DNA of 64,000 nucleotides from a virus (Duplodnaviria; Heunggongvirae; Uroviricota; Caudoviricetes): IMG/VR virus record IMGVR_UViG_3300032296_003759; one strand, 5' to 3'. Shown piece by piece: positions 30,001 to 37,377 of this stretch (position 1 is its first letter; each line of letters starts with the position of its first letter). The notes under the pieces were generated by a model. It saw only the letters and a program-made list of their open reading frames with translations, ran no database searches and was not told where the DNA came from. The position numbers and the translations under genes were made by a program.

Positions 30001-31731
30001 TGATAAAGGAGTATATCCTTTTTCACTTTTATTTCTAAAACTTACACGTTTTGAGGAAAGATAAACATCTGGATTTAAATCATTTACTGTATAGTTTGAA
30101 TACATTACATTTTGCTTATATCCAGGATCAAAGTAACTTCTTACGTTTGTCATTAATCCTCTAGCAATAACTGTTCCATTACCATTTTTTCTATCTGATC
30201 TAGTTATCTTATAACCTACTATTTCAGGATTATCAAACTTTGGTATTTTTTTAAATTTTACTCCTTTTATATTTATATAATATTTTCCATTTACTACAGA
30301 GTATCTTGGTACAATTGCTTCGTCTGGAAACTTATGATATCTTATAGGGGTATTCGCAAACTGACCAAACATTTTAGGATTATTGGGGTATAATTCAGTT
30401 GATAGAAAAACACCCATTTTACCAGTTCCTAAAATTCTTCTATCACATACAAATCCTCTGTTTCCTTTTTTTTCAAGTATACCTGCAGTATTTTCTATTT
30501 CCCATTTAGCATATAGTCTATTATCTTCACAATCTTTAAATCTTTTGTCCTTTTCATAAATATCTGCACCTGATACAATTGTAAGTGCATTATCATCAGG
30601 AACAGGTCCTGGTATATGATATCTTTGAGTTAGCTCACCTGTATTATATACTCCTTGAATATAAAAATCATAGTTTTCATCAGCATAATAACCTATATCA
30701 TTTCCACCATCTTCATAATACTCTAAAGGAACTTGTTCAATTATATACTCTGATTCAATTGACATTGCTTTTAACTGGTAATCCTCTTCATCTCTAGATA
30801 CTAAATCTCCTAATAAAAGATAATTTGAATTAGATGAAATTAAACCTGCTTTTTGCCATGTTGTTTTTTTAGCAACTAATGAATTTATATCAATAGCAAT
30901 ACCAGTACTAGCTTTAAATTCTGTTACTGTTAAACTTCTTGCCTCTGAAGAATATGTACCAATTATCTTTGCTGCTTTAGTTGTTCCTTTTGTTGCAGGA
31001 TCAATATATGATCCAACTACAGCAATTGAATAGAATTCAAAACTTGTATCTAAATCTTTTATTACTATATCAAGTGCATTTTGTTCTGTCTCAGAAAATA
31101 ACTGAATTCTTTGAGTTAGAGACATCCAATCTGTAAATACTTGATTATCAAGAGAATATGCAATTGCAACCGAATAAGTTCCATTTGGCATAGTTCCATT
31201 TTCAGACTTTTTTATTTCTATGCATGGATGTTTTACTTTTCTAAACAATAAAATATCATCACAACTATCTATTTCACTAACTCTATCTATTTCAATTCTT
31301 CTTACAGGATTTACTTTGTCAGTAAATGTTACAATTGTTCCTTTTTGAAACATTGTTTTTGCAACTCCAATAACTGGGGGATTTTTAGGATTAAAGTTTA
31401 AACATGGTAGAGATAATAATTTTTTATATGAGCAATCAAGTTCATTACCAATTCCTATCTCAGAATTTTTACCATCTCCTGAAAATATCATTATTGTATC
31501 ATCAGGTAATGATACTGCACCACATATAGTATAGGGTGCAGAAAAACACTTTAAGTTAGATGGCTCATTTCCAATTGTACCTATATCTCCGTCTTTAGAA
31601 TTACGCACAGCATTTCTAGCAAAAGAATATTGCTCTTTTGATACAAAAGAAGAATTTAAATCTGTTAGTAAGGCTGGTTTAGAAAGAGAATTTGGATCAA
31701 CCTTTGAAGTATTTTGTAAATTTTCAGCCAT
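27079..31731 (-). CDS. giant hypothetical virion/tail protein (1550 aa)
   Basis: Uninterrupted 4.65 kb ORF. No motif recognised. Confidence 0.7.
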   Translation of the reverse strand: MAENLQNTSKVDPNSLSKPALLTDLNSSFVSKEQYSFARNAVRNSKDGDIGTIGNEPSNLKCFSAPYTICGAVSLPDDTIMIFSGDGKNSEIGIGNELDCSYKKLLSLPCLNFNPKNPPVIGVAKTMFQKGTIVTFTDKVNPVRRIEIDRVSEIDSCDDILLFRKVKHPCIEIKKSENGTMPNGTYSVAIAYSLDNQVFTDWMSLTQRIQLFSETEQNALDIVIKDLDTSFEFYSIAVVGSYIDPATKGTTKAAKIIGTYSSEARSLTVTEFKASTGIAIDINSLVAKKTTWQKAGLISSNSNYLLLGDLVSRDEEDYQLKAMSIESEYIIEQVPLEYYEDGGNDIGYYADENYDFYIQGVYNTGELTQRYHIPGPVPDDNALTIVSGADIYEKDKRFKDCEDNRLYAKWEIENTAGILEKKGNRGFVCDRRILGTGKMGVFLSTELYPNNPKMFGQFANTPIRYHKFPDEAIVPRYSVVNGKYYINIKGVKFKKIPKFDNPEIVGYKITRSDRKNGNGTVIARGLMTNVRSYFDPGYKQNVMYSNYTVNDLNPDVYLSSKRVSFRNKSEKGYTPLSTFHLDRFNFYSPHTSFDPKYSLGQEIKIECEEIADVTGNFEKVHNHPRLKLLNQIAYWIAAVVGIIEMTLVLFGKNKEKVAADSGEITGGTNSGRTGNSRVESEFSLTGIEDLIGFDIAGYIQAQAASTASISGAANGASRLSRVIKKIKTILVVIAAATVKTGFAFVRGVAEANKVIDTIYNFCTFTDYVYQYNAKAVFNKTKRVRKGNRRRRLLRPFVYLPSDTIGIGNDIFNNFLREKSVYIQLNKEIPPATTVDNTRNTISGFGLCNNVGSAVSSVGSAFYVTSKAKNPNQYGSLGSSKTVSIHSCVLKFDEEEDLTNSPILYGGDCIITRFYFMKKMQFFTQNLSNANFPDGVEYNYQMYRNIGFPRYWLDSNRFEIAGFVVPQNVITEQRFLGSTDTKYNLDCRRSDDWSTIGRVSNSYMYLSNNCAVELIVECDYNINFRDIKTKEPFYSKDNKNLSNIFRSDRLKVDEEFKISNAYFDIYPTEVGSLQQRPDFDPENRVPSKQPNSVIYSLPSFNLQEVDNWQYFLPLNFFSFNTSDFGKLTSINKIDQDRLLFLFSKSSPYISMGRDFLQLDNTGRKITIGDGGLFAQDPREIMPTDDNFGLSTSRFAFSNTHMGRFYVSENPGRIMSFDQALNDISMSGIAFWCQNYMPIFLYKYFPSYPRIENPISGVGYQMVIDSKAETLYICKRDFSPVKEFAKDIVWSDKLNSFTYKSLKIELSDKNYFNDVSWTISYSLMDKSFVGWHDWHPNWVIQRDNNFLTVKGKSVWKHNHSYDSYCNFYGKDYPFEIEFVSSSGQQVETIRSIEYLLEVYKYKNFGRDRFHVFGENFDRLIVHNTEQISPLLNINKSSQNPEDNLEFPRKSSKNSVSYDILSFKEENKYRINHFWDTVKDRGEFNNSEFHLYPTDESGYKNVINPLAIDIDKPEEERKKFRHYYNKFRFIKTASGPNKFLVKLANIKKQVSLR

Positions 31732-32255
31732 TAAGGAGTAAAAATTGAATGATTTATTAAGCGGAATGTTCTTATTTCTGATATAGAAGTTAATGTAACT
31801 TTATCTACATATACCCCAAATTTCTTAAGTTCATTCCTAACTTTCTTTGTTATAGCATTATCTAGTTCATTATCTCTACACTGTTCCCATGTAGAAGACA
31901 TTATTAACTCTTTTATTATACCTTGAGATATATCACTTACTGCATCTACAGAATCATATACTTCTAGTAAGAATATTTGAGCATCTGTAATCTTATATTT
32001 TACCATTGCCTCTACTACAATATTCTTATTATCACTTGTAACTAAAGATTGTGCAGGTAGACTTAAAGTTGTTAATACTACATGTTGTGTTAATATCTCA
32101 TCTACAAAAGGTATCTTTATATAAAGACCTGGTTCAAGACTTCTTAAGTATTTACCAAATCTTAATTGTATTCCATTCTCATACTGTTTAACAATAACAA
32201 ATGGAGATATATGTTCAATGATTGATGTTAACCATTGTATTAGTGAATCTAACAT
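31731..32255 (-). CDS. hypothetical protein (174 aa)
   Basis: ORF with stop/start overlap to its neighbours. Confidence 0.6.
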   Translation of the reverse strand: MLDSLIQWLTSIIEHISPFVIVKQYENGIQLRFGKYLRSLEPGLYIKIPFVDEILTQHVVLTTLSLPAQSLVTSDNKNIVVEAMVKYKITDAQIFLLEVYDSVDAVSDISQGIIKELIMSSTWEQCRDNELDNAITKKVRNELKKFGVYVDKVTLTSISEIRTFRLINHSIFTP

Positions 32256-33103
32256 TATTGAAAGTATTTAAAATATTGGTTGTACCAAGCAAGCTCTTTC
32301 TTTTTCTGAAGATCTAAATATTCACCAAAACCTTTATCTGTAGTAAAATTAAATGCATCTAACCACGCACCTGACCTTTCTTTTGAAGCAATTGCTAGAA
32401 GATTTGATGCTTCATTTCCTAGATTTGAGTTAAATATAGCATTTAATATTATCTCATATTTTATTGACCACTCATACCAAGGAGTAATCATAGGATGAAA
32501 AGGAAATAGAAGTTCCCCATCTTCATTTCTCATATTACCTAAATACATTAAATAAAGTGTCCCAGATCTAAATGGTGTATTAATATCATCGTCTGTTATA
32601 GTAACAGTATACTTTCCTGGTTTGGTTAAATTGGGACAATTATTATGACACTTTTTTATAGATGATTTATCAATTTGTAATTGTGACCAAGAACCAAAAC
32701 TATATACTTCTGGACTAGTAGCTCTCTGTATAATTACTTTATAATTATCTACACATCCTAGAGAGTCTCTATCTAATTTTGCTTCATAAACAACATCTGA
32801 ATCAAAATTATTATAAAATGGATTTACATTATTATGCACCATTGTATTAGTAGCATTTAAAGCGCATATATAATACATTTTATCAAAGTCAACAGGTAAT
32901 TTTGCTTTATACTCATTTACTGGAACTGCAACTTCTTTTATCTCTCTTATAGGAATACCTAATTTATCATTACATTTTAGTATAGTTTTTATATAGTGAC
33001 CTTCATCAATAAGGCCTTCTATATCAAACTTAGCTAAGTCATTTTTTACAATTGACATTAACTCAGATATAGGTCTATGTTCAAAGGTTTTATTATTTAT
33101 CAT
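32255..33103 (-). CDS. hypothetical protein (282 aa)
   Basis: ORF, operon-packed. Confidence 0.6.
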   Translation of the reverse strand: MINNKTFEHRPISELMSIVKNDLAKFDIEGLIDEGHYIKTILKCNDKLGIPIREIKEVAVPVNEYKAKLPVDFDKMYYICALNATNTMVHNNVNPFYNNFDSDVVYEAKLDRDSLGCVDNYKVIIQRATSPEVYSFGSWSQLQIDKSSIKKCHNNCPNLTKPGKYTVTITDDDINTPFRSGTLYLMYLGNMRNEDGELLFPFHPMITPWYEWSIKYEIILNAIFNSNLGNEASNLLAIASKERSGAWLDAFNFTTDKGFGEYLDLQKKKELAWYNQYFKYFQ

Positions 33104-33105
33104 TT

Positions 33106-33801
33106 TTAATTTCTTCTAGTATCGTTTTTATCTATATTATTATCTTGTTGTAATCTACCTGCAGTGCCCAATAGTAATTCAGCAGCTTTACTTATTGATT
33201 CTGCAAGTACCCAGTCTGGAAGTCTCATATCTGTATCCATATATCTTACACAGTCTTCTTTCTCAAAACATCCTTCACAGTCATTTCTTTTAGAATTAAT
33301 ATAACTTAGATCTTCTTCAAAAAAGGCATCTACATTAATCCTATTAGGATTATGTTCAGGAAACCAAAGATGTCCATCCTGATAAAATACATATTTTTCA
33401 CTACTAAATTTTTTATATGGATCATTTTTCTTATTACTATATGCCCAGGAACTTGTAACAAAAAAACTAGTTGATCCATCAATAGATGTAACAAGTCTTA
33501 TAATTGTTCCACTTTTATCTCTCCATATTGGAGGAAGTTTGTCTTTAGTTCTATATATTTTGCAGCAGTTTTTTATAGGACATGTTCCATCTATTTTAGA
33601 CACCTCAATAACTTCAAGACCTCTAATTACTTGAAACATATAAGTACTTGTCCATACCCTTCCTGCACTGGCCTCTCTTGCCATTATCCATTCAAATTGC
33701 TCTTTTAGAAATTGAAATAGTTGACCATTAGTATAAATAGTATCAATTGATCTTTCTTTGATCTTACTTCTAAAAGAGTCTATTATTTCTCTAACTGTCA
33801 T
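33106..33801 (-). CDS. hypothetical Cys-rich protein (231 aa)
   Basis: ORF containing CEGCFEKEDC and CPIKNCC motifs. Confidence 0.55.
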   Translation of the reverse strand: MTVREIIDSFRSKIKERSIDTIYTNGQLFQFLKEQFEWIMAREASAGRVWTSTYMFQVIRGLEVIEVSKIDGTCPIKNCCKIYRTKDKLPPIWRDKSGTIIRLVTSIDGSTSFFVTSSWAYSNKKNDPYKKFSSEKYVFYQDGHLWFPEHNPNRINVDAFFEEDLSYINSKRNDCEGCFEKEDCVRYMDTDMRLPDWVLAESISKAAELLLGTAGRLQQDNNIDKNDTRRN

Positions 33802-34330
33802 TTTTCCTAGGTTTTAATTTTTTCCAGACATTAACTCCACCTGTTATGGCTCTAGAAACTCTTAGTTTTTCTGGATGAGAATCTATATATTTTTTTGCAT
33901 CTACATTTAACTTTCTAGTAGCCTGAAAAGCAAAAAACTGTAACATTCTATTGAATTTTACAGCCCATCTTCTTTCCCACTTTATAATTGCAACCTTGCC
34001 TTTAGTTGTTATATTTAAGTGATCTATTTTCTCTCCTAACTTATTTGATAAATCAATATCTACAGCTTTCTGTTTATAAGGTAAATATTGCAGTTTTAAT
34101 TCACCTGTATAAGATCCTAACTTAATACCTAAAGGATTTTCTATAATTTCCTTTCTAATTGTCTCAGCTATATCTAACCAATTATTAGAAAAGTCTTCCC
34201 ATTTCATGTCTTTATGTTCAGGAAAGGAATCTTTAAATTTTTTAAAACTATCCTTGCTTACTAGATTTATAGAGTATTTTGCCTTCCTCATTCTAGGAGC
34301 AGACCTATCGTTACTATAAGTTGGTTTCAT
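33791..34330 (-). CDS. hypothetical protein (179 aa)
   Basis: ORF. Confidence 0.55.
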   Translation of the reverse strand: MKPTYSNDRSAPRMRKAKYSINLVSKDSFKKFKDSFPEHKDMKWEDFSNNWLDIAETIRKEIIENPLGIKLGSYTGELKLQYLPYKQKAVDIDLSNKLGEKIDHLNITTKGKVAIIKWERRWAVKFNRMLQFFAFQATRKLNVDAKKYIDSHPEKLRVSRAITGGVNVWKKLKPRKNDS

Positions 34331-34403
34331 TTAAAATATTATTTATATAGCACCCCTACTACAATATACCAAAAAACAACAATATAAAAAAATTAACTTC
34401 TAT

Positions 34404-34429
34404 TATTAAAAAACCCCTCAGAAGAGGGG
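34404..34429 (-). terminator. rho-independent terminator downstream of the phosphoesterase gene (CCCCTC-agaa-GAGGGG followed by a T6 run on the minus strand)
   Basis: 6-bp GC stem plus T-run, read directly. Confidence 0.6.
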
Positions 34430-34440
34430 TAAGTTATAAT

Positions 34441-35724
34441 TTAGAACCAGACTGGAACATGTTGGACAGATCTTGAATGCTTATCAAAGATCTCAAGAAT
34501 TGCTCCACCTTCTGTATTTCCAAAGTTTATCTCTGTCCAATCTGTAGACCCCATCATTGATGGAATATTTACATATCTTCCAAATTTACCTTTATCTAAA
34601 GCATATTGATGAAGATCACCCTTATATAGGGTAATTCTTCTTTCAGATGGAGATATACCCTTTTTATCAAAGTACTGGAATAGAAATAAATCTGTTTTGG
34701 GATCAAGTTTTAAAGGCATTGGTCTAGTCATAAGTTTCTCATCTTTTCCATGAGTAAAACCAATAGTATGAATACCATAGTCAAAAGAATCTACAGGTAG
34801 CAAGTATGATTTTCTCTCTACTGTAGGATATTTATTTTCTAGATACATATCTAAAAACCTATTTGCAATATAGGAGAAATCTTTACCTGCATGATTGGAA
34901 TTTTCTACATCGTGTATAATATAATTCTTAGCTAATCCGGAACAAAGTATATCATCATAAAATGCAACTCTAGCCCTTGTATAGATATCAAATTGTTCTC
35001 TATTTGAGAGAGATTTGACTTCATGGCCACCTCTTGTAGTTTGACTATTCCATCCGTTCATTTGATCTCCAAGAGATATGATATGGACCTCCTCAAATTT
35101 TGTTCCTAACTTTTTAGCTTCATTACTAATTTTTAGTAATCTCTCCGTATATATTTCTTCATTCCATTCATTACCAAACATACTATTCTGGATAACTGCT
35201 CCTGCATGATCATCCGAAATTAATATTACAAGAGCTTTTTCTGAAAATTCTTTTACAATAGGTAAAGAAGCAGAAGGAATACTTGGAAATATTTCTTTTA
35301 GTTTTTCTTCAAGTTCCTGTCTAGAGTAGAATTCATCTATATTGTATCTTATATCAATACTATATATCCATTTTCCAGTAGGTAATAGTTTATCCCAAAC
35401 TCTAGCAACTCTAGTATTTATACCGTCTACCTGAGCAAGCTCTTTTATTTCTTCTGGAGATAAAGGTCTTGCTGACTCAAACTTTTTAAGTGTAGTACCA
35501 TCTGATGTTTCAGATCCAATATATTTTGCAATTACATCTTCTTGTTCAGATATTATATTTTGTAATTCAGTAAGTTTAGATGAATTTATAAAAGCTCTCG
35601 CTTCTTCCTTTGCTTTATAAATATCATCTTTTGTACAGTTCCATCTTTTACTAAGTTTACCTGCACCCATATCTAGGTAGTTAGGTTTTTGGATAAATGT
35701 ATCAACTATTTTTTCTATATTCAT
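34441..35724 (-). CDS. calcineurin-like metallophosphoesterase (427 aa)
   Basis: Ordered motifs SDDHAG (DxH), SLGDQMNG (GD), ENSNHAG (NH), GFTHGKD and KGDLHQY (GxH). Confidence 0.5.
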   Translation of the reverse strand: MNIEKIVDTFIQKPNYLDMGAGKLSKRWNCTKDDIYKAKEEARAFINSSKLTELQNIISEQEDVIAKYIGSETSDGTTLKKFESARPLSPEEIKELAQVDGINTRVARVWDKLLPTGKWIYSIDIRYNIDEFYSRQELEEKLKEIFPSIPSASLPIVKEFSEKALVILISDDHAGAVIQNSMFGNEWNEEIYTERLLKISNEAKKLGTKFEEVHIISLGDQMNGWNSQTTRGGHEVKSLSNREQFDIYTRARVAFYDDILCSGLAKNYIIHDVENSNHAGKDFSYIANRFLDMYLENKYPTVERKSYLLPVDSFDYGIHTIGFTHGKDEKLMTRPMPLKLDPKTDLFLFQYFDKKGISPSERRITLYKGDLHQYALDKGKFGRYVNIPSMMGSTDWTEINFGNTEGGAILEIFDKHSRSVQHVPVWF

Positions 35725-35735
35725 ATTTATGTTTT

Positions 35736-35772
35736 TTTAAAAATAGGAAGGGAGGATTTTTATTCCTCCCTT
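35736..35772 (-). terminator. rho-independent terminator closing the accessory cassette (AAGGGAGGA-tttttat-TCCTCCCTT, then TATTTTT on the minus strand)
   Basis: 9-bp perfect stem plus T-run, read directly. Confidence 0.65.
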
Positions 35773-35792
35773 ACCTTAGATCATCGAAACTT

Positions 35793-35972
35793 TTAGTTTT
35801 GTAAGCTTCTCAGATAATTTGTTCTTTCAGCTTTTAAAGCATTCATTACTGTTGTAACTGTTTTAACTGAACAACCAAACTTCTCAGCTAATCTTTCTTT
35901 ACCCCATTTGAAATAAGAATTGTTGTTAAGCAAATGGTTTGTGATCGTTTGTGTCATGGACATTTTTTTCAT
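35793..35972 (-). CDS. small helix-turn-helix DNA-binding protein (59 aa), not in the ORF track
   Basis: Manual translation gives MKKMSMTQTITNHLLNNNSYFKWGKERLAEKFGCSVKTVTTVMNALKAERTNYLRSLQN. The segment LAEKFGCSVKTVTTVMNAL is HTH-like. It is followed directly by a terminator. Confidence 0.5.
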   Translation of the reverse strand: MKKMSMTQTITNHLLNNNSYFKWGKERLAEKFGCSVKTVTTVMNALKAERTNYLRSLQN

Positions 35973-36046
35973 TTTTTTAATTTTTAAAGTTATGAATCAA
36001 TAACACCACGAAGATAAGCGAAGAAAATTAATTCTCCAAATTTTTT

Positions 36047-36472
36047 TTATAAATTTATTAAAAGTAATGTAAGATTATATCCAGAATGTAATAATACTGA
36101 GGATATATAAGAGTAATTATTTTTTATATATACCATAGAAAAAATTAGACCAAGTACTCCTTGTATTAAAACTCCATCATGTGATTCACCATGTCCCCAC
36201 CCAAAGATACATGAAGACATTATAATTACTGGTATAACATATTGATTACCAATACTTTTTGCTATTGTAATAGGACCATATCTATAAAGAGCTTCTTCCC
36301 ATAAAGGGGCCCATATACAAAGTATAAAGGCAATATAGTAAAAAGAGTCAGATTCCTCCGACTCTCCTTCTACTTGATGATAACCTATTTGTGAAAAAAA
36401 ATAATCTACAACGAGAATCCAAACTAAACATAGAATATAACCAAAAATAATATTTTTAATTTTTTTCCACAT
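36047..36472 (-). CDS. minimal CPBP/Abi-family (CAAX protease-like) intramembrane metalloprotease, 141 aa
   Basis: All three CPBP signature motifs are present in order: WEEALYR (EExxxR), FGWGH (FxxxH), HSGYN (HxxxN). They lie in predicted TM helices. Confidence 0.6.
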   Translation of the reverse strand: MWKKIKNIIFGYILCLVWILVVDYFFSQIGYHQVEGESEESDSFYYIAFILCIWAPLWEEALYRYGPITIAKSIGNQYVIPVIIMSSCIFGWGHGESHDGVLIQGVLGLIFSMVYIKNNYSYISSVLLHSGYNLTLLLINL

Positions 36473-36490
36473 TAATTTGGAAATGTTAAA

Positions 36491-36625
36491 TTATTTTACT
36501 ATAGCTGTATCAATAGCTACTGAATCAACTATAGTTGTATCAACTGGTTCAGATACATTTACTTCTCCTGATCCACAGGAAATTAAAGTTACAATTAGAA
36601 TCAATAAAAATACTGTTTTTTTCAT
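36491..36625 (-). CDS. 44-aa lipoprotein (signal peptide plus lipobox LISC), not in the ORF track
   Basis: MKKTVFLLILIVTLISCGSGEVNVSEPVDTTIVDSVAIDTAIVK. 15 nt upstream of the CPBP gene. Confidence 0.45.
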   Translation of the reverse strand: MKKTVFLLILIVTLISCGSGEVNVSEPVDTTIVDSVAIDTAIVK

Positions 36626-36640
36626 ATTTATATTTGTTTT

Positions 36641-36886
36641 TTAATCTATTATATCTGTAAAAAATCCTTTAGATGTAAGATCTTCTTTATTAGCTGCTGC
36701 TCTTTTTTCTGCTGCTGCAATTTCTTTATCTGTAAACAGAAGACATCTTTCATTCTTTCCATCAGCATCTTCCACCCATACAGAAATATACCAGGGTTTA
36801 GCATTCGAAAACTTTTTCTTTTCTGTATTCCAGACTCTTACTAGTCTTCCTGCTTTAATTTTTACTTTATCAATTAAACTTGCCAT
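36641..36886 (-). CDS. hypothetical protein (81 aa)
   Basis: ORF with ATG start, operon-packed. Confidence 0.5.
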   Translation of the reverse strand: MASLIDKVKIKAGRLVRVWNTEKKKFSNAKPWYISVWVEDADGKNERCLLFTDKEIAAAEKRAAANKEDLTSKGFFTDIID

Positions 36887-36889
36887 ATA

Positions 36890-36982
36890 TTAAGGTTTTA
36901 ATGGTTTTATTGGCCTTGTAGGAGGTGTTGCTGGTCTAGGTTTTCCACAACCACAACCAAAGAGTGCATCATTTTTTTTCAT
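36890..36982 (-). CDS. tiny ORF (30 aa) encoding a Lys/Pro-rich peptide with CGCG and PRP motifs, not in the ORF track
   Basis: MKKNDALFGCGCGKPRPATPPTRPIKPLKP. Its stop lies 3 nt before the ATG of the 81-aa ORF. Promoter-like motifs lie just upstream. Confidence 0.25.
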   Translation of the reverse strand: MKKNDALFGCGCGKPRPATPPTRPIKPLKP

Positions 36983-36991
36983 AAAAAAGAT

Positions 36992-37038
36992 TATTTACAC
37001 TGTAAATATACAAAATTATTGTCTAATTTCAAAATTTA
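36992..37038 (-). promoter_or_regulatory. promoter-like region of the accessory cassette: inverted repeat TATTTACA-c-TGTAAATA plus two TAnnTTTG-type -7 boxes (TAATTTTG at 37011-37018, TAAATTTTG at 37030-37038, minus sense)
   Basis: Read directly. The Bacteroidota sigma-A -7 consensus TAnnTTTG is established knowledge. Confidence 0.4.
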
Positions 37039-37042
37039 TTTG

Positions 37043-37113
37043 AGGAAGTAATAGGAATCGAACCTATGATGAAGCTTTTGCAGAGCTCTGCCTTACCGCT
37101 TGGCTATACTTCC
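37043..37113 (-). tRNA. tRNA-Cys (anticodon GCA)
   Basis: Minus-strand sequence GGAAGTATAGCCAAGCGGTAAGGCAGAGCTCTGCAAAAGCTTCATCATAGGTTCGATTCCTATTACTTCC+T. It has a 7-bp acceptor stem, a D-arm, anticodon loop CTGCAAA (U33, GCA), T-arm TAGG-TTCGATT-CCTA and a U73 discriminator typical of tRNA-Cys. Confidence 0.85.
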
Positions 37114-37114
37114 A

Positions 37115-37145
37115 ATAAAAAACCCTTAACTCAGAGAATTAAGGG
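37115..37145 (-). terminator. hairpin plus T-run immediately upstream of the tRNA (CCCTTAA-n9-TTAAGGG, T6 on the minus strand); terminator or processing site
   Basis: 7-bp stem, read directly. Confidence 0.45.
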
Positions 37146-37305
37146 TGGTGTTTTATATGTTAGTTAGGCCGGGTTATTTTTTAATACATATAATGCAACC
37201 ACCCTCAATTGGACATTGAGTACAACACGGTTCATATTTGTTTTGATTCATAACCATTATAATATTAATATAAGAAATTTATTTTAATTTACCAAATCTT
37301 TTTTT

Positions 37306-37332
37306 AATAAAAAACCCCTATAGAAATAGGGG
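37306..37332 (-). terminator. rho-independent terminator after the last tail gene (CCCCTAT-agaa-ATAGGGG followed by TTTTTTATT on the minus strand)
   Basis: Read directly. Confidence 0.6.
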
Positions 37333-37377
37333 TATAAACTTTTCTGTAGAAACCAACAACTACAGTGTTTTTATTTA

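Noticed and set aside
2267-31731. crAss-type virion RNA polymerase (DxDGD DPBB motif) in the giant proteins.
   Set aside because: No DxDGD / NADFDGD-like motif was seen in any giant ORF. The recognisable domains are hydrolases (SLT, M23, HExxH, caspase-like). The block is therefore called cargo/tail proteins, not RNAP.
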